From contig JABILG010000018.1 of NCBI GenBank assembly GCA_018654605.1, forward strand, positions 24,702-88,701: a stretch of 64,000 nucleotides of DNA, written 5' to 3'. Each line of letters starts with the position of its first letter. Position 1 is the stretch's first letter. Below the pieces are notes generated by a model. The model saw only the letters and a list, made by a program, of their open reading frames with translations. It made no database searches and was not told the DNA's origin. This DNA comes from a bacterium (GTDB lineage Bacteria; Desulfobacterota_D; UBA1144). The translations under genes and the position numbers were made by a program. Below, piece by piece: positions 50,081 to 63,143 of this stretch.

Positions 50081-53000
50081 TTACGTTTTAGTAGGCGGAA
50101 TTTCTATCTCAGGCGCATTAACTTCTACATCAGTATTTGAATAGATAGGAAGTCCAGTACCTGCTGGAATTAATCGACCCATAATAACATTCTCTTTTAA
50201 ACCTTTTAAATGGTCAACTCTGCCTTCACATGAAGCATCTGTTAAAACCTTAGTTGTTTCTTGGAACGACGCTGCTGACAACCAACTTTTAGTGCTTAAA
50301 GAAGCTCGAGTTATTCCTAAGAGTAGTGGCTCTGCTTGTGCAGGATTCCCGTTTTCCGCAATAATTTTTTCATTTGTTAATATAAATTCATTCTTATCTA
50401 CAGCTTCTCCAACCAGCAAGGTAGTGTCGCCACTATCGACAATTTTAACTCGCTTAAGCATCTGCCTTGTTATTACTTCAATGTGTTTATCGTTAATTCT
50501 GACTCCTTGTAATCTATAAACATCTTGGATTTCATCAACTATATATCTTGCTAATTCAATCTCACCTTTAATTTTGAGGATATCATGAGGATCCGGAGCG
50601 CCATCTACAATTTGATCACCAGAAGTAATTCTTTCACCTTCTCTAACAAGGATGTGCTTAGCTTTGGGGACCATGTACTCTTTCGGATCTCCAATATCTG
50701 GGGTAACAATGATTCTTTTTTTAGATTTTATATCTTTTCCAAACGAAACAACACCTTCTATCTCAGATATAACTGCTGGGTCTTTTGGAGGTCTTGCTTC
50801 AAATAATTCAGCAACTCTAGGGAGGCCGCCAGTAATATCTTTTGTCTGAGTCTTCTGGTTAGCTAATGTTGCAATAAAATCACCCGGAGATGTTTTTTCT
50901 CCATCATCTTTCCTAATTTCCGAACCCTTAGGTAGAGGATATTCAACTCTAGTACCACTCTTACCGACTAAAATTAATGATGGATTTAATTTTTGATCCT
51001 TATATTGAATAACTTCTCTAACAGAAAGTCCTGTAAATTGGTCAACTGTTTCTTTGAATGACATATTTGGTTCCAAATCTTTATACTCAATATGACCTTC
51101 TTCTTCTGCAATAAATGGATATATAGTAGGATCCCATTCTGCTAGAAGAGATCCTGCTTTAACTTTGTCCCCGTCATTAGCATATATTTTTGCCCCAATA
51201 GTAATTGGGTACCTCTCAAGCTCTAAAGATGTATTAGAATCCTCAATAACAATCTCAGCTGACTTACTTGTACAAATATTTATTTTTTTATTAGATATGA
51301 AATTCATATCAACATATCTGATTTTTCCTGAATTTTTTGTTTCATGTCTAGACTGGTCTACTTTAGCTACGCCCCCAATATGAAAAGTCCTCATAGTAAG
51401 CTGCGTTCCAGGTTCACCTATTGATTGTGCTGCGATTATACCAACTGCTTCGCCGGTATTTACAATCTGTCCGCTTGCAAGATTTCTTCCATAACATAGT
51501 GAACAGCAACCACTTTTTGTAGAACAAGTTAATACTGATCTGATACTGACTCTTAACGAGCCAGGAACAGCATCAATTTTCAATGCAATAGCCTCATCTA
51601 CTTCTTGATTTCTTGAAGCAATCAATTCACCATTTAGGGGGTCAACAACATCTTCAGCTAGAATCCTACCAAGTGTTCTTTCACCAACACCTGCTACTAC
51701 CTCGCCACCTTCAACTAATTGTGAAACTTCTAACCCTTCTGATGTTGCGCAATCAAATTCATTAACCATCATTTCTTGAGCTACATCAACCAACCTTCTC
51801 GTTAAATAACCAGCATTAGCGGTTTTAAGAGCTGTATCTGCAAGACCTTTCCTTGCTCCGTGTGTAGATATAAAATACTGAAGAACTGATAATCCTTCTC
51901 TAAAGTTTGATGTTATAGGTGTTTCTATAATATCACCAGAGGGCTTAGCCATTAAGCCTCTCATTCCAGCCAATTGTCGAACTTGAGACTGACTTCCTCT
52001 AGCTCCCGACTCAACCATCATAAAAATTGGGTTATTACTTGGTTGTTTTGATCCATCAGAAAGTTCTTTAGCTTTTGATATTTTACTCATTAAAATATCA
52101 CCAATTGTATCCCCTGTTCTTGCCCAGACATCGATAACCTTATTGTACCTTTCACCATCTGTAATTAGTCCTTGAAGGTATTGATCTTGAATACTCTGAA
52201 CATTTATATTTGCTTCGTTTATTAAGACATCTTTTTCTTTTGGAATTGTCATATCAGCTATAGATACAGAAATGCCTGAAGTTGTAGAATGCTTGAAGCC
52301 TAAAGTTCTCAGCCTATCTGCTAGTAAAACTGTACTTTTTCCTCCAGAAACTCTAAATGTTGTATCTACTAAATCTTCAATTGCTTTTTTTGTCATTAGC
52401 CTATTAACTAGGTGAAAAGGTACCTCTTTTGGCATTACTTCAAAAATTAGCGCTCTGCCCACAGTGGTATCCTCAACTACACCATTAATTTTAATTTTAA
52501 TTTTTGTATGAATTTGAATCTGATTAAGATCAAAAACGAATCTTAATTCTTCAATAGAACTGAAAGCTTTACCTTCTCCTGGCAATCCAGGTACTTCTCT
52601 ACTCATATAATAAATACCTAGAACTATGTCTTGTGAAGGTAAGATAATTGGCTTTCCGTGTGCTGGTGACAGTATGTTGTTAGTAGACATCACAAGAGTC
52701 CTACATTCAGTCTGAGCCTCAACAGAAAGCGGAACATGGACAGCCATTTGGTCACCATCAAAATCTGCATTAAATGCAGGGCAAACTAAAGGATGAAGCT
52801 GTATAGCTTTATCTTCTACTAAGACTGGCTCAAAAGCTTGAATGCTTAATCTATGAAGAGTTGGTGCTCTATTTAACATTACTGGATGTTCTTTTATGAC
52901 ATCATCTAAGGCATCCCAGACTATTGGTGCTTGTTGTTCTACAAGATTTTTTGCAATCTTGATAGTTGCTGCATGATTCCATAATTCTAATTTTTGATAA

Positions 53001-54139
53001 ATAAACGGTCTAAAAAGTTCTAATGCCATTTTCTTTGGAAGTCCACATTGATGAAGTTTTAACTGAGGTCCTACAACAATTACTGACCTTCCAGAATAAT
53101 CTACTCTTTTTCCCAATAAATTCTGACGGAATCTTCCTTGTTTCCCTTTTATTATATCGCTTAAACTCTTAAGAGGTCTATGGTTGTGACCTAAAACTGG
53201 CCTACCTCTTCTTCCATTCTCGAATAAAGCATCGACAGATTCTTGAAGCATCCTCTTTTCATTTCTTACAATAATATCAGGTGCACCTAGTTCCATAAGT
53301 TTTTTCAGCCTATTGTTCCTATTTATTACCCTTCTATACAAATCATTTAAATCTGAAGTAGCAAATCTTCCTCCGTCTAAGGGAACCAAGGGTCTTAAGT
53401 CTGGTGGTAGTACTGGTAACCTTTTTAAAATCATCCACTCAGGCCTATTCCCTGAATTTCTAAATGATTCAGCCACTCTTAATCTTTTGGAGATTTTAAC
53501 TCTCTTAAGTGGAGATGCTGTTGCTTTGAGTTCTTCTTTAAGCGTAGTTGACAACTCTTCTAGATTTACATCTTCCAGCATTGTCCTGATAGCCTCAGCT
53601 CCCATTCCAACTAATAGAAAGAAATTGTCATCAATATAAGTTCTATACTGCTCCTCTGATATCACGGTACCTTTTTTAAGGTCTGAATCTCCGGGATCAG
53701 TTACGACATAAGCCTCAAAATATAAAACCTTTTCTAAATCTTTTAATGTGATATCAAGAATTGAGCCTATCCTGCTCGGAACACTTTTAAGAAACCATAT
53801 ATGGGCAACTGGAGAAGAAAGTTCAACATGAGCCATTCTTGACCTTCTAACTTTGCTTGAAATAACTTCAACACCGCATTTCTCGCAAGTTATTCCTCTG
53901 TGTTTAAGTCTCTTATATTTTCCACATAAACATTCAAAATCCTTTACAGGTCCAAAGATTTTACAACAAAATAGTCCGTATTTCTCAGGTTTAAAAGTTC
54001 TATAATTTATAGTTTCTGGTTTTTTTATTTCACCATATGACCAATCTTTTATTTGATCAGGAGATGCGATACTAATTCTTATAGAATCAATATCACCAGG
54101 ATTTTTTGGTTTGTCGAATAATACACCCATATCAATCAT
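50081..54139 (-). CDS. rpoC: RNA polymerase beta' subunit
   Basis: [33 protein letters not shown]; start set at ATG 54139 after AGGAG. Confidence 0.99.
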   Translation of the reverse strand: MIDMGVLFDKPKNPGDIDSIRISIASPDQIKDWSYGEIKKPETINYRTFKPEKYGLFCCKIFGPVKDFECLCGKYKRLKHRGITCEKCGVEVISSKVRRSRMAHVELSSPVAHIWFLKSVPSRIGSILDITLKDLEKVLYFEAYVVTDPGDSDLKKGTVISEEQYRTYIDDNFFLLVGMGAEAIRTMLEDVNLEELSTTLKEELKATASPLKRVKISKRLRVAESFRNSGNRPEWMILKRLPVLPPDLRPLVPLDGGRFATSDLNDLYRRVINRNNRLKKLMELGAPDIIVRNEKRMLQESVDALFENGRRGRPVLGHNHRPLKSLSDIIKGKQGRFRQNLLGKRVDYSGRSVIVVGPQLKLHQCGLPKKMALELFRPFIYQKLELWNHAATIKIAKNLVEQQAPIVWDALDDVIKEHPVMLNRAPTLHRLSIQAFEPVLVEDKAIQLHPLVCPAFNADFDGDQMAVHVPLSVEAQTECRTLVMSTNNILSPAHGKPIILPSQDIVLGIYYMSREVPGLPGEGKAFSSIEELRFVFDLNQIQIHTKIKIKINGVVEDTTVGRALIFEVMPKEVPFHLVNRLMTKKAIEDLVDTTFRVSGGKSTVLLADRLRTLGFKHSTTSGISVSIADMTIPKEKDVLINEANINVQSIQDQYLQGLITDGERYNKVIDVWARTGDTIGDILMSKISKAKELSDGSKQPSNNPIFMMVESGARGSQSQVRQLAGMRGLMAKPSGDIIETPITSNFREGLSVLQYFISTHGARKGLADTALKTANAGYLTRRLVDVAQEMMVNEFDCATSEGLEVSQLVEGGEVVAGVGERTLGRILAEDVVDPLNGELIASRNQEVDEAIALKIDAVPGSLRVSIRSVLTCSTKSGCCSLCYGRNLASGQIVNTGEAVGIIAAQSIGEPGTQLTMRTFHIGGVAKVDQSRHETKNSGKIRYVDMNFISNKKINICTSKSAEIVIEDSNTSLELERYPITIGAKIYANDGDKVKAGSLLAEWDPTIYPFIAEEEGHIEYKDLEPNMSFKETVDQFTGLSVREVIQYKDQKLNPSLILVGKSGTRVEYPLPKGSEIRKDDGEKTSPGDFIATLANQKTQTKDITGGLPRVAELFEARPPKDPAVISEIEGVVSFGKDIKSKKRIIVTPDIGDPKEYMVPKAKHILVREGERITSGDQIVDGAPDPHDILKIKGEIELARYIVDEIQDVYRLQGVRINDKHIEVITRQMLKRVKIVDSGDTTLLVGEAVDKNEFILTNEKIIAENGNPAQAEPLLLGITRASLSTKSWLSAASFQETTKVLTDASCEGRVDHLKGLKENVIMGRLIPAGTGLPIYSNTDVEVNAPEIEIPPTKT

Positions 54140-57100
54140 TAGATACTTCTCCTGAGACTTTATCTTTTTTGTCACCTAATTCTATATTTAAACCTAAAGA
54201 TTTTAGTTCATTAGTTAATACATTAAATGATTCAGGAATACCTGGTTCAAAAGCAACTTTATTTTTCACAATTGAATCAAACAATCTGGTCCTTCCAATA
54301 ACATCATCTGACTTAACAGTTAAAAATTCTTGTAAAGTGTTTGCAGCGCCATACGCTTCAAGTGCCCAAACTTCCATCTCACCAAGTCTTTGTCCACCAA
54401 AGTGAGACTTGCCACCCAGAGGTTGCTGCGTGACCAATGAATAAGGTCCTATAGCACGAGCGTGTATCTTTTCTTCAACTAAATGGTGAAGTTTTATCAT
54501 ATACATAATTCCTACAGTAACTCTTTGATCAAATGGTTCACCTGTTTGTCCGTTAAACAATACTAATTTGCCATCTTCAGGTAAATGATTGTCTTTCAAT
54601 AAGTCTCTGATCTCAGACTCTTTTACTCCTTCAAATATTGGTGTTTCAACAGGAACCCCGTCTACTAACCTTTTAGATAAATCTAGCAATTCTTCTTTGT
54701 TAAGCTTTTTAACATTATTTATATAATCTAGATTGTTTGGGTATATCTTTTCTAATAAACTTTTTAAGCTCTCTATTTCAGAATGATTTTTTGCTAAATG
54801 TTCATCAATCTGACGACCTAAGGACTTAGATGCCAATCCTAAATGTGTCTCTAAGACCTGTCCAACATTCATTCTGGATGGCACACCTAAAGGGTTAAGT
54901 ACCATGTCTACAGGTGTTCCATCTGACATGTAGGGCATATCTTCTTCTGGAAGTACTCTAGATACGACACCCTTATTTCCATGTCTCCCGGCCATCTTAT
55001 CACCAACTTGATGCTTCCTTTTCACAGCAACATATACTTTAACTACTTTAAGCACTCCAGGAGGTAGGTCATCCGGTTTAGACAACTTCTCTATCATTTC
55101 AGAATACCTAGAAAGTATACTTCTCATTTTTTCTTCTGATATCTTTAATATTTCTTCAATTTCTTTAATATGACTCGATTTCTTGTCAAACTCAATCGTT
55201 TGAATCTTTTCATAAGGTACTAATGCAAAGTTCTCTTCATCAATCACAGCTTCTTTCTTAAGAACAACTTTTCTTCCATCTCTAACAGCATTAATGTTTA
55301 CTTTAGAAATAAATATCTTTTTTAAATTATTTCGAGTTTCAACCTGAACAATATTAATTTCTTGTTCTTGTTCTTTTTTTAATTCAAGAACTTCTGGTGA
55401 ACCAGACCTTGATTGATCTTGTTTGTCTCCAATTCTAGAAATTAAATGTTTTACATCAAGAACTATACCATTAACACCTGGTGGAACTCTAAGCGAAGTG
55501 TCCTTAACATCTCCTGCCTTATCACCAAAAATTGCCCTTAATAGTCTTTCCTCAGGTGAAAGTTGTGTTTCACCTTTGGGTGATATCTTTCCAACTAAAA
55601 TATCGTTAGGTTTAACTTCTGCACCAATCTGAATTACTCCCTCTTTATCTAAGAAGGATAAATGCTCTTCGTTTACGTTTGGAATATCTCTAGTGATTTC
55701 TTCCTTGCCTAACTTTGTTTCTCTTGATATACATTCAAATTCTTCAATATGAAGCGAAGTGAAGGTATCTTGCTTTGCCAATTTTTCGCTTATTAAAATA
55801 GCATCCTCGAAGTTATATCCACCCCATGGCATGAATGCTACTGTTATATTCTTTCCTAAAGCAAGCTCCCCATACTCAGTTGATGGACCGTCAGCTATTA
55901 TATCACCGGCTTTAATCTTCTGTCCTCTTTTAACTATTGGCTTTTGATTCCAGCATGTATTTTGGTTGGATCTTTCAAATTTAATCAATGAATAAATATC
56001 TGAAACATCTCCATCTTCAGATGTCTGATCTCTTCTAATAACAATTTTTGAGGAATCAATATAGTCAACATACCCTGAGTTTCTTGCGAGAACAGTCACT
56101 CCAGAGTCTCTAGAAATATTTCTTTCGAAACCTGTTCCAACTAATGGCGCGGAGGCTCTTAAGAGAGGAACTGCTTGTCTCTGCATATTAGAACCCATAA
56201 GAGCTCTATTTGCATCGTCATGTTCTAAGAAAGGAATAAGCGACGCTGATACAGATACAAGCTGAGAAGGTGAAACGTCCATTAATTGGGCATCTTCCTT
56301 AGGTACAACCTGAAATTCTCCTTTAATTCTTACAGATATAGTATCATTTGAAAAACTATTGTCTTCATTCAGTTCCGAATTAGCTTGGGCTATAACATAA
56401 CTTTCTTCTTCGAGTGCATTTAAAAATTTTATATTGTTAGTGACTTTACCGTTAGTAATCTCTCTGTAAGGTGTTTGTATAAATCCATGCTCATTAATTT
56501 TAGCATAAGTACTTAAGCTCGATATAAGTCCAATATTAGGTCCTTCTGGTGTTTCAATTGGACATATCCTTCCATAGTGAGAAGAATGAACATCTCTAAC
56601 TTCAAAGCCTGCCCTTTCCCTAGTTAATCCTCCAGGGCCAAGCGCACTAATTCTTCTTTTATGTGTAATCTCAGATAAAGGATTTGTTTGGTCCATAAAC
56701 TGAGACAATTGACCAGTAGCAAAAAATTCCTTCACTACAGAAGTAACACTCTTAGGGATTACAATCTCTTGGGGCGTTAAATCTTCTAATTGGCCATAAT
56801 TCATTTTTTCTTTAGTTGTTCTCGTTAATCTTTCAACACCAGTAAAGAATCTATCTTCTATAAGTTCGCCAACAGTTCTAACTCTTCTGTTCCCTAGGTG
56901 ATCAATATCATCTACTTCACCCCTACCTGACTTAAGTGCTAATAGATATTTAAAGGATTCAATTATATCTAATCTATCAAGATGGAATTTATTATTTCCA
57001 ATTCCATGATTCAGCTTATGATTTATCTTCATTCTTCCAACTTTTGAAAGTCTATATGTATCCTCGTTGAAGAACATATTCTCAAAGAAAGTAGCAGCAA

Positions 57101-58313
57101 TTTTATCTGTTGGTGGGTCAGTGGGTCTGAATTTCTTATATATTTCTGATATTGCATGTTCCTTAGTTATAACTTTTGTTTTAGAAATCATTTCATTAAT
57201 TGTAAGAACAAGTGAACTAGTAAATGAGCTATTATCTATATAGTAAATATCAAATTTAGTAATTTTATTTTCTTTAATAAATGCAATAGTATCTTCAGTT
57301 ACCTCTTGAATTAATGAATTCTCAACTGCCTCAGGTTCTTCAGTATTTTTCTGAAAACTCTCTACTAAATACATACCGACTAAGTCGTCCTCATTTATCG
57401 GCAAAGATTTTAATTTAGCTGATTTTATTTTTCCAATCACTCTTTCAGAGAACCTTCTAGAAGCACTAACTATTCTTTCGCCAGTATCAGGGTCAAGTAT
57501 ATCAACAGAGGCTCTTTGATAAGGAAGGAGGCTTTGATTAATATCTTTTTTAAAGGTATCAGTTACGGGATCATAATTAACTTTTTCATGTGAGTAGAAA
57601 GAATTAAGTATGCCTTCTATTGATTCACCAAGCGCTAGTAACAATAAAGTTGAATGAAATTTCTTTTTTCTATCAATCCTTACATGTAAAACATCTTTTG
57701 AATCAAATTCAAAATCTAACCATCGACCATCTTGAGGAACTATCCTTGCAGTAAAAGATGTTTTATTTGTAGTTGTTAGATTTTTAGAGTCTTTTTGAGA
57801 ATCAAAGAAAACTCCTGGTGACCTATGTAATTGATTAACTATAACCCTCTCAGTTCCATTAATAATAAAGGCACCGTTAGTTGTCATAATTGGTATTTCT
57901 CCAAAATAAACTTCTTGCTCTATAGCTCTTCCAAATCTTCTTGTTTCAATGATATTATTTCCAGCCTCATCTAAATCAAACTCCCATGTAACCAATTGGA
58001 AAGTTGCATGAATTGAAGATTGATAATTGTATCCCTTTAGCTTACATTCGGATTCTGAATGCTTAGGATCTTCCAATCGATAGGAAACATAATTTAGCGT
58101 AGCTCTCTTATTATAATCTTCAATTGGAAAAGAAGACTTGAAAACCTTCTCCAGGCCGGAATTTAGCCTATTTTTAGGGTCTAACCCCTTCTGAATTAAG
58201 TTATCAAAAGACTCCTTTTGAACACTCAACAAATCAGGTGTATCTGTCCTATTCTCAGACTTATTACTAAAATTTATTCTTTTCTTTGTTAAAAGTATAT
58301 TATCTTTATACAA
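54132..58313 (-). CDS. rpoB: RNA polymerase beta subunit
   Basis: [44 protein letters not shown]; TTG start after AAGGAG. Confidence 0.99.
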   Translation of the reverse strand: MYKDNILLTKKRINFSNKSENRTDTPDLLSVQKESFDNLIQKGLDPKNRLNSGLEKVFKSSFPIEDYNKRATLNYVSYRLEDPKHSESECKLKGYNYQSSIHATFQLVTWEFDLDEAGNNIIETRRFGRAIEQEVYFGEIPIMTTNGAFIINGTERVIVNQLHRSPGVFFDSQKDSKNLTTTNKTSFTARIVPQDGRWLDFEFDSKDVLHVRIDRKKKFHSTLLLLALGESIEGILNSFYSHEKVNYDPVTDTFKKDINQSLLPYQRASVDILDPDTGERIVSASRRFSERVIGKIKSAKLKSLPINEDDLVGMYLVESFQKNTEEPEAVENSLIQEVTEDTIAFIKENKITKFDIYYIDNSSFTSSLVLTINEMISKTKVITKEHAISEIYKKFRPTDPPTDKIAATFFENMFFNEDTYRLSKVGRMKINHKLNHGIGNNKFHLDRLDIIESFKYLLALKSGRGEVDDIDHLGNRRVRTVGELIEDRFFTGVERLTRTTKEKMNYGQLEDLTPQEIVIPKSVTSVVKEFFATGQLSQFMDQTNPLSEITHKRRISALGPGGLTRERAGFEVRDVHSSHYGRICPIETPEGPNIGLISSLSTYAKINEHGFIQTPYREITNGKVTNNIKFLNALEEESYVIAQANSELNEDNSFSNDTISVRIKGEFQVVPKEDAQLMDVSPSQLVSVSASLIPFLEHDDANRALMGSNMQRQAVPLLRASAPLVGTGFERNISRDSGVTVLARNSGYVDYIDSSKIVIRRDQTSEDGDVSDIYSLIKFERSNQNTCWNQKPIVKRGQKIKAGDIIADGPSTEYGELALGKNITVAFMPWGGYNFEDAILISEKLAKQDTFTSLHIEEFECISRETKLGKEEITRDIPNVNEEHLSFLDKEGVIQIGAEVKPNDILVGKISPKGETQLSPEERLLRAIFGDKAGDVKDTSLRVPPGVNGIVLDVKHLISRIGDKQDQSRSGSPEVLELKKEQEQEINIVQVETRNNLKKIFISKVNINAVRDGRKVVLKKEAVIDEENFALVPYEKIQTIEFDKKSSHIKEIEEILKISEEKMRSILSRYSEMIEKLSKPDDLPPGVLKVVKVYVAVKRKHQVGDKMAGRHGNKGVVSRVLPEEDMPYMSDGTPVDMVLNPLGVPSRMNVGQVLETHLGLASKSLGRQIDEHLAKNHSEIESLKSLLEKIYPNNLDYINNVKKLNKEELLDLSKRLVDGVPVETPIFEGVKESEIRDLLKDNHLPEDGKLVLFNGQTGEPFDQRVTVGIMYMIKLHHLVEEKIHARAIGPYSLVTQQPLGGKSHFGGQRLGEMEVWALEAYGAANTLQEFLTVKSDDVIGRTRLFDSIVKNKVAFEPGIPESFNVLTNELKSLGLNIELGDKKDKVSGEVSND

Positions 58314-58352
58314 AAAGTACTCTCCTTGGATTAAACAAAATGTAGACTAAGA

Positions 58353-58739
58353 CTAAGCTAATGTTACTTTAGCGCCAACTTCTTCGAGTCTTTTCTTCAT
58401 TTCCTCTGCTTCCTCTTTCTTAACCGCTTCTTTAAGTGGTTTAGGTGCAGATTCTACAAGCTCTTTTGCTTCTTTTAATCCAAGAGCAGTAATTTCTCTA
58501 ACAATCTTAATAACCTTGATCTTTTCAGATCCAGCCTCAGCTAAGGTTATATCAAATTCTGTTTTTTCAACAGCGGGAGCGTCTCCCCCAGCAGCTGGTG
58601 CTGCAGCGGCAGCAACTGCAACTGGTGCAGCAGCTTCTACTCCAAATTTTTCTTCTATATCTTTTACTAGCTCTGAAATTTCCAGCAGGCTAGCTTTCTC
58701 TAGATAAGTAATAACGTCTTGTTTTGATAGTTCAGGCAT
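58353..58739 (-). CDS. rplL: 50S ribosomal protein L7/L12
   Basis: [11 protein letters not shown], Ala-rich hinge, [17 protein letters not shown]. Confidence 0.98.
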   Translation of the reverse strand: MPELSKQDVITYLEKASLLEISELVKDIEEKFGVEAAAPVAVAAAAAPAAGGDAPAVEKTEFDITLAEAGSEKIKVIKIVREITALGLKEAKELVESAPKPLKEAVKKEEAEEMKKRLEEVGAKVTLA

Positions 58740-58776
58740 AAAAGTCCTCCAAATATTGAATTCGTATTATATACGT

Positions 58777-59292
58777 TTATTTTTTATCTTTCAAGTTATT
58801 TAAAACATTTACTAAGTTTCTAGGAATTGCCTGAGATACATTAATAAATTTAATAATAGGCTGATTAAGCATTGAAATCATTTGACTAATTAGAATCTCT
58901 CTCGATGGCAATTTAGATATCTTCTCCAATTCAGTCTTATCCAGAGACTTTCCTTCAATAAAACCAACTCGAATTTCTAGGTTTGGATGGTCCTTCTCTA
59001 TCTCAACAAATGTTTTTGTGACTTCGACATAATTCTCTTCTAAAAAAGTAATAGCAGTTTCGCCAACTGAATCTGTGAAGATTGATTCAAAATCCGTATT
59101 TTCAGAAGCTTTCTTTAGTAGATTATTTTTTACAACTGTTAATACAGCATTGTTATCTCTAAGCTTCTTTCTTAAAAGCTCGAATTCAGACACTTTTGCA
59201 CCCCTAAAGTTTACTAATAGAAACGAAGGTGTATCTGAAAATGAGCTTTTAAAGTTGCTTACGATTTGCTCTTTTTGTTCTTTTCCTAACAT
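58777..59292 (-). CDS. rplJ: 50S ribosomal protein L10
   Basis: FRG, LR..LR, VVKNNL, LPSRE; position. Confidence 0.95.
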   Translation of the reverse strand: MLGKEQKEQIVSNFKSSFSDTPSFLLVNFRGAKVSEFELLRKKLRDNNAVLTVVKNNLLKKASENTDFESIFTDSVGETAITFLEENYVEVTKTFVEIEKDHPNLEIRVGFIEGKSLDKTELEKISKLPSREILISQMISMLNQPIIKFINVSQAIPRNLVNVLNNLKDKK

Positions 59293-59296
59293 TATA

Positions 59297-60028
59297 CTAA
59301 ACTACAACTCCATCATATTTCTTAAGTTCTTCTTTCAGTAATGAAATATCAATTTTAAAACCTGGTCCCATCGTGCTTGAAACACTCACCTTCTTAAGAT
59401 AGTTGCCTTTGGAAGATGCAGGCTTAGACTTATTCAATGACTGAACTAAGAAGTATAGATTATCCATAATTTTTGCAAATTCAAATGATTTTTTACCACA
59501 AGGGAAATTTACCAATCCTAGCTTATCATTTTTTATCTCCACTCTACCTGCTTTTGCATCTTTAATAGCCTTTTCAACGTTATTAGTTACGGTTCCCATT
59601 TTAGGACTAGGCATTAAACCCTTAGGTCCTAGAACTTGGCCTAACTTGGCAATCTTTGGCATCAACTCTGGAATTGCAATTACTACATCAAAACCTGTCC
59701 ATTTCTCAGCAATAATCTTTTCAATAATATCCTCTGCTCCAACAAAGTCAGCTCCTGATTCTTCGGCTTTCTTTGTATGTTCACCATTACAGATTACTAA
59801 AATCTTAGTCTTTTTACCTAATGGGTTTGGTGGAACAGTTGCTATCTTTATTTGCTGGTCATTCTTTTTAGGATCTATACCAAGCTGAATAGACAAATCT
59901 ATGGTTTCATCAAACTTTGAGGTTTTAAGACTTTTAATTATCTCAACTGCTTCACTCGGTGAGTAGTATTTATTCTTATCAACTCTTTCATCTTCTGTTA
60001 CGATTTTTTTATTTTTACTTATTTTCAT
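59297..60028 (-). CDS. rplA: 50S ribosomal protein L1
   Basis: KFDETID, LGIDP, LGPKGLMPSPKMGTV, SSTMGPG. Confidence 0.97.
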   Translation of the reverse strand: MKISKNKKIVTEDERVDKNKYYSPSEAVEIIKSLKTSKFDETIDLSIQLGIDPKKNDQQIKIATVPPNPLGKKTKILVICNGEHTKKAEESGADFVGAEDIIEKIIAEKWTGFDVVIAIPELMPKIAKLGQVLGPKGLMPSPKMGTVTNNVEKAIKDAKAGRVEIKNDKLGLVNFPCGKKSFEFAKIMDNLYFLVQSLNKSKPASSKGNYLKKVSVSSTMGPGFKIDISLLKEELKKYDGVVV

Positions 60029-60036
60029 CACTTCAC

Positions 60037-60456
60037 CTATCCTTTTACTTCAACTCCCATACTTCTCGCTGTACCCTCTACAATCTTTTTTGCAGCGTCT
60101 ATATCATTAGCATTTATATCATCCATCTTGGTTTTTGCAATTTCCTCCAACTGACTTTCTGATATTTTACCAACTTTGACTAAGGGGACAGTACTTGAAC
60201 CTTTTTCAATCTTAGCAGCTTTTTTAATCAAATATGACACTGGAGGAGTCTTGACTATAAAAGAAAAGGATTTGTCAGCATAAACTGTTACAACTACTGG
60301 TAGCAACCCTTCCAGCTTATCCGTTTGAGCATTGAAAGCTTTACAGAACTCCATTATGTTTATACCTTTTTGCCCTAGAGCTGGACCTATAGGTGGTGCC
60401 GGCGATGCTTTTCCTGCTTCGCATAATAATTTTAAAGATCCTTGAACTTTTTTCAT
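60037..60456 (-). CDS. rplK: 50S ribosomal protein L11
   Basis: [33 protein letters not shown]. Confidence 0.98.
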   Translation of the reverse strand: MKKVQGSLKLLCEAGKASPAPPIGPALGQKGINIMEFCKAFNAQTDKLEGLLPVVVTVYADKSFSFIVKTPPVSYLIKKAAKIEKGSSTVPLVKVGKISESQLEEIAKTKMDDINANDIDAAKKIVEGTARSMGVEVKG

Positions 60457-61014
60457 TTAAATTTTCTCCACTTGGTTAAAGTCTAAATCTATAGGTGTTG
60501 CTCTACCAAAGATTTCCACTAAAACCTGAATTTTTCCTTTTTCCATTTTAACTTCTTCTACCACGCCTGTAAAATTCTCAAAAGGTCCTTCTATTACTTT
60601 AATAGACTCTCCTTTGTCAAAAATAACTTTTGGTGTAGGTTTGAGTGTTCCCTCTTCAATTTTATTTCTCATTTTATTAATTTCAGACTCATCAACTGTG
60701 GGTACAGATTCTACCAGCAGTTTTCCATCTTTAACTTTTCCACCTACAAAGCCAATAACTTTAGGAATATTTCTCAAGAAATGCCATGACTCCTCATTCA
60801 GTTCCGTCTTAACCAAAAGATAGCCTGGGAAAAATTTCTTCTCTGATGTTTTCTTTCTTCCACCTTTAAGTTGCTCTTCAATTGTTTCAGTAGGAACAAG
60901 AATGTCAGTAATTAAATCATGACAGTTGTCCATCTTCATTTGAGTATTTATGTATCTTTTTACTGTATCTTCCGATCCAGTATTACAGTGAACAACGTAC
61001 CACTTGTCTGCCAT
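60457..61014 (-). CDS. nusG: Transcription termination/antitermination factor NusG
   Basis: WYVVH, FFPGY, GFVG, KOW GPFENFTG, IFGRATP. Confidence 0.97.
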   Translation of the reverse strand: MADKWYVVHCNTGSEDTVKRYINTQMKMDNCHDLITDILVPTETIEEQLKGGRKKTSEKKFFPGYLLVKTELNEESWHFLRNIPKVIGFVGGKVKDGKLLVESVPTVDESEINKMRNKIEEGTLKPTPKVIFDKGESIKVIEGPFENFTGVVEEVKMEKGKIQVLVEIFGRATPIDLDFNQVEKI

Positions 61015-61194
61015 TTATTTACCACCCAACAGTAATTCTGTTATAGAGGACAATACGAAATCAACTAGCAACAGAAAAACTCCCAATATAATAGTTACGA
61101 GGACAACTCCGCCAGTTGACTTTATATTCTCTCTCTTATTTATCCAAGAGATTTTACCTAATTCTGATTTAATATCATCAAAAAATTTTTTCAT
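61015..61194 (-). CDS. secE: Preprotein translocase SecE (59 aa; missing from ORF track)
   Basis: Manual translation MKKFFDDIKSELGKISWINKRENIKSTGGVVLVTIILGVFLLLVDFVLSSITELLLGGK; ELxKxxW motif (usual Pro after W is Ile) plus one TM segment; directly upstream of nusG. Confidence 0.93.
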   Translation of the reverse strand: MKKFFDDIKSELGKISWINKRENIKSTGGVVLVTIILGVFLLLVDFVLSSITELLLGGK

Positions 61195-61195
61195 A

Positions 61196-61648
61196 TTACT
61201 CCGCGAAATTTATATTCTCGATTTGTTTTAATTTATTTAACCTTATATCGTGTCTTCCTGCTTCATAATCAGTTGTTAACCAAAGCTCAATTATATTCTT
61301 CGCTACATCAACTGAAACATATTTTGAACCCAAAGTTATTATATTTGAATTATTATGTGCTCTAGACATAATGGCCAAATTAACATCATTTGCAACTACA
61401 GCTCTAACATTAGGGAACTTATTTGCAACGATATTCATTCCCGAACCTGACGCACAGATTAGTATTCCTCTATGATATTGACCCTGTGAAACTTTTAAAG
61501 AAACCTCAGAAGCTGAATCAGGATAATCTGAACTTTCTTCTGAAAAAGTCCCAAAGTCCTTATAGTCAAAACCTAACTTTTGAATATAATCTTTTAAATC
61601 TTCTTTTAAACTGAAGCCTCTATGGTCAGAACCTATTGCGATTTTCAT
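61196..61648 (-). CDS. rpiB: Ribose-5-phosphate isomerase B
   Basis: IGSDHRG, DYPD, GILICASGSG, ANK, RAHNN.N, GRH. Confidence 0.95.
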   Translation of the reverse strand: MKIAIGSDHRGFSLKEDLKDYIQKLGFDYKDFGTFSEESSDYPDSASEVSLKVSQGQYHRGILICASGSGMNIVANKFPNVRAVVANDVNLAIMSRAHNNSNIITLGSKYVSVDVAKNIIELWLTTDYEAGRHDIRLNKLKQIENINFAE

Positions 61649-61650
61649 TA

Positions 61651-62886
61651 TTAATCCTCAAACTTCTTAAATATCAAAGTACAGTTAGTACCGCCAAATC
61701 CAAATGAATTACTAACAGCAATCTTTATATCTTTCTCAATCGTATTATGAGGAACGTAATTTAAATCGCAACCTTCTTGAGGATTATCCAAATTAATAGT
61801 TGGAGGCACAACTCCTTCACTAAGCGCTAGAGATGTAATTCCTGCCTCTAGTCCACCAGCTGCACCCAACAAATGTCCTGTTATAGACTTTGTAGAACTT
61901 ACTAATAATTCTTTTGAATAAGAACCAAATACTTTTTTGATTGCATTAGTCTCGTTTATATCATTTTGTTGAGTAGAAGTTCCGTGAGCATTAATGTAAT
62001 CAACTTGTTCTGGGTTAATTTTAGAATTCCTTAAAGCAGACTCCATACATATAACAGGTCCATCAATATTAGGTGAAGTAATGTGGTGAGCATCTCCACT
62101 AAAACCAGAACCTATGAGTTCTGCATATATCTTAGCTCCTCTCTTTTTAGCATGTTCGAGCTCCTCAAGTACAACCAAACCAGAACCTTCACCCATGACA
62201 AACCCATCTCTATCTTTATCAAATGGTCTGGATGCACCACTGGGATCTTCGTTTCTTGTTGAAATTGCTCTCATAACATTAAAACCTGCAATCGCTACAT
62301 GAACCAAGGGGGCCTCAGCACCACCGGCAACCATCGCAACAGCGTCACCTCTTTCAATCATCATTGCCGCATAGCCTATTGAATGTGCTCCAGCAGCACA
62401 TGCGGTACAAGCAGCACAATTTGGGCCTTTTAGATTATTAAATATTGAAACATACCCTGCAGCCATATTCGGCACCATAGATGGAACAAAGAAAGGAGAC
62501 ACTCTTTTTGGTCCTTTATCATTATAGACTAAAGTATTGTCCACAAACGTTTGTATTCCGCCTATGCCCGAGCCTATATAAGATCCAACTAAATGTGAGT
62601 TCTCGTCTGTTATCTCTAATTTTGAATCTTTTAATGCTAAAGATGCAGCTGCAACAGCAAACCTTATGAAAGGATCACTCCTTCTAGCTTCCTTAGCATC
62701 CATAAAATCTTCTGGATTAAATTCTTCCGAAACCTCAGCTCCGAACTTAGTCTTCAAGTCAGATGCATCAACTTTCTTTAAAAAATTAACCCCAGAGGTA
62801 CCCTCTTTTATTTTAGGCCAAATCTCATCAACACCTACCCCTAGGGATGACAACATTCCAATTCCAGTAATTACAACTTTCTTCAT
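61651..62886 (-). CDS. fabF: 3-oxoacyl-ACP synthase II
   Basis: VVITG.G, TACAAG, SRPFD.DRDGFVMGEG, NAHGTST, GHLLGAAG, SNSFGFGGTN. Confidence 0.97.
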   Translation of the reverse strand: MKKVVITGIGMLSSLGVGVDEIWPKIKEGTSGVNFLKKVDASDLKTKFGAEVSEEFNPEDFMDAKEARRSDPFIRFAVAAASLALKDSKLEITDENSHLVGSYIGSGIGGIQTFVDNTLVYNDKGPKRVSPFFVPSMVPNMAAGYVSIFNNLKGPNCAACTACAAGAHSIGYAAMMIERGDAVAMVAGGAEAPLVHVAIAGFNVMRAISTRNEDPSGASRPFDKDRDGFVMGEGSGLVVLEELEHAKKRGAKIYAELIGSGFSGDAHHITSPNIDGPVICMESALRNSKINPEQVDYINAHGTSTQQNDINETNAIKKVFGSYSKELLVSSTKSITGHLLGAAGGLEAGITSLALSEGVVPPTINLDNPQEGCDLNYVPHNTIEKDIKIAVSNSFGFGGTNCTLIFKKFED

Positions 62887-62891
62887 GTCTA

Positions 62892-63131
62892 TTACTTTTG
62901 ATTCTTAATTACGTAATCGACAGCGTCGCTTACCTTAAGAATTTTTTCTGCGTCCTCATCAGCAATTTCAACACCAAATTCGTCTTCCATGCTCATAATA
63001 AGTTCAACTAGGTCTAAAGAATCAGCTCCTAGATCTTCAATAAATTGAGCATCTAGTGCTACCTCGTCTTCACTTTTACCTAATTGTTCTGCAATTAGGG
63101 CTACAACCTTCTGTTTAGTTTCTTCTGACAT
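62892..63131 (-). CDS. acpP: Acyl carrier protein
   Basis: [20 protein letters not shown]. Confidence 0.98.
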   Translation of the reverse strand: MSEETKQKVVALIAEQLGKSEDEVALDAQFIEDLGADSLDLVELIMSMEDEFGVEIADEDAEKILKVSDAVDYVIKNQK

Positions 63132-63143
63132 AATAGTCCTCCA

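Noticed and set aside
54132-54175. Possible rpoB-rpoC fusion or frameshift
   Set aside because: rpoB has its own TGA stop and rpoC has its own AGGAG plus ATG; an ordinary short overlap
58590-58640. GC-richer GCA/GCT repeats in rplL
   Set aside because: Normal Ala/Pro hinge of L7/L12
61004-61231. 75-aa plus-strand ORF between nusG and rpiB
   Set aside because: It is the antisense shadow of secE (61015-61194, minus strand)
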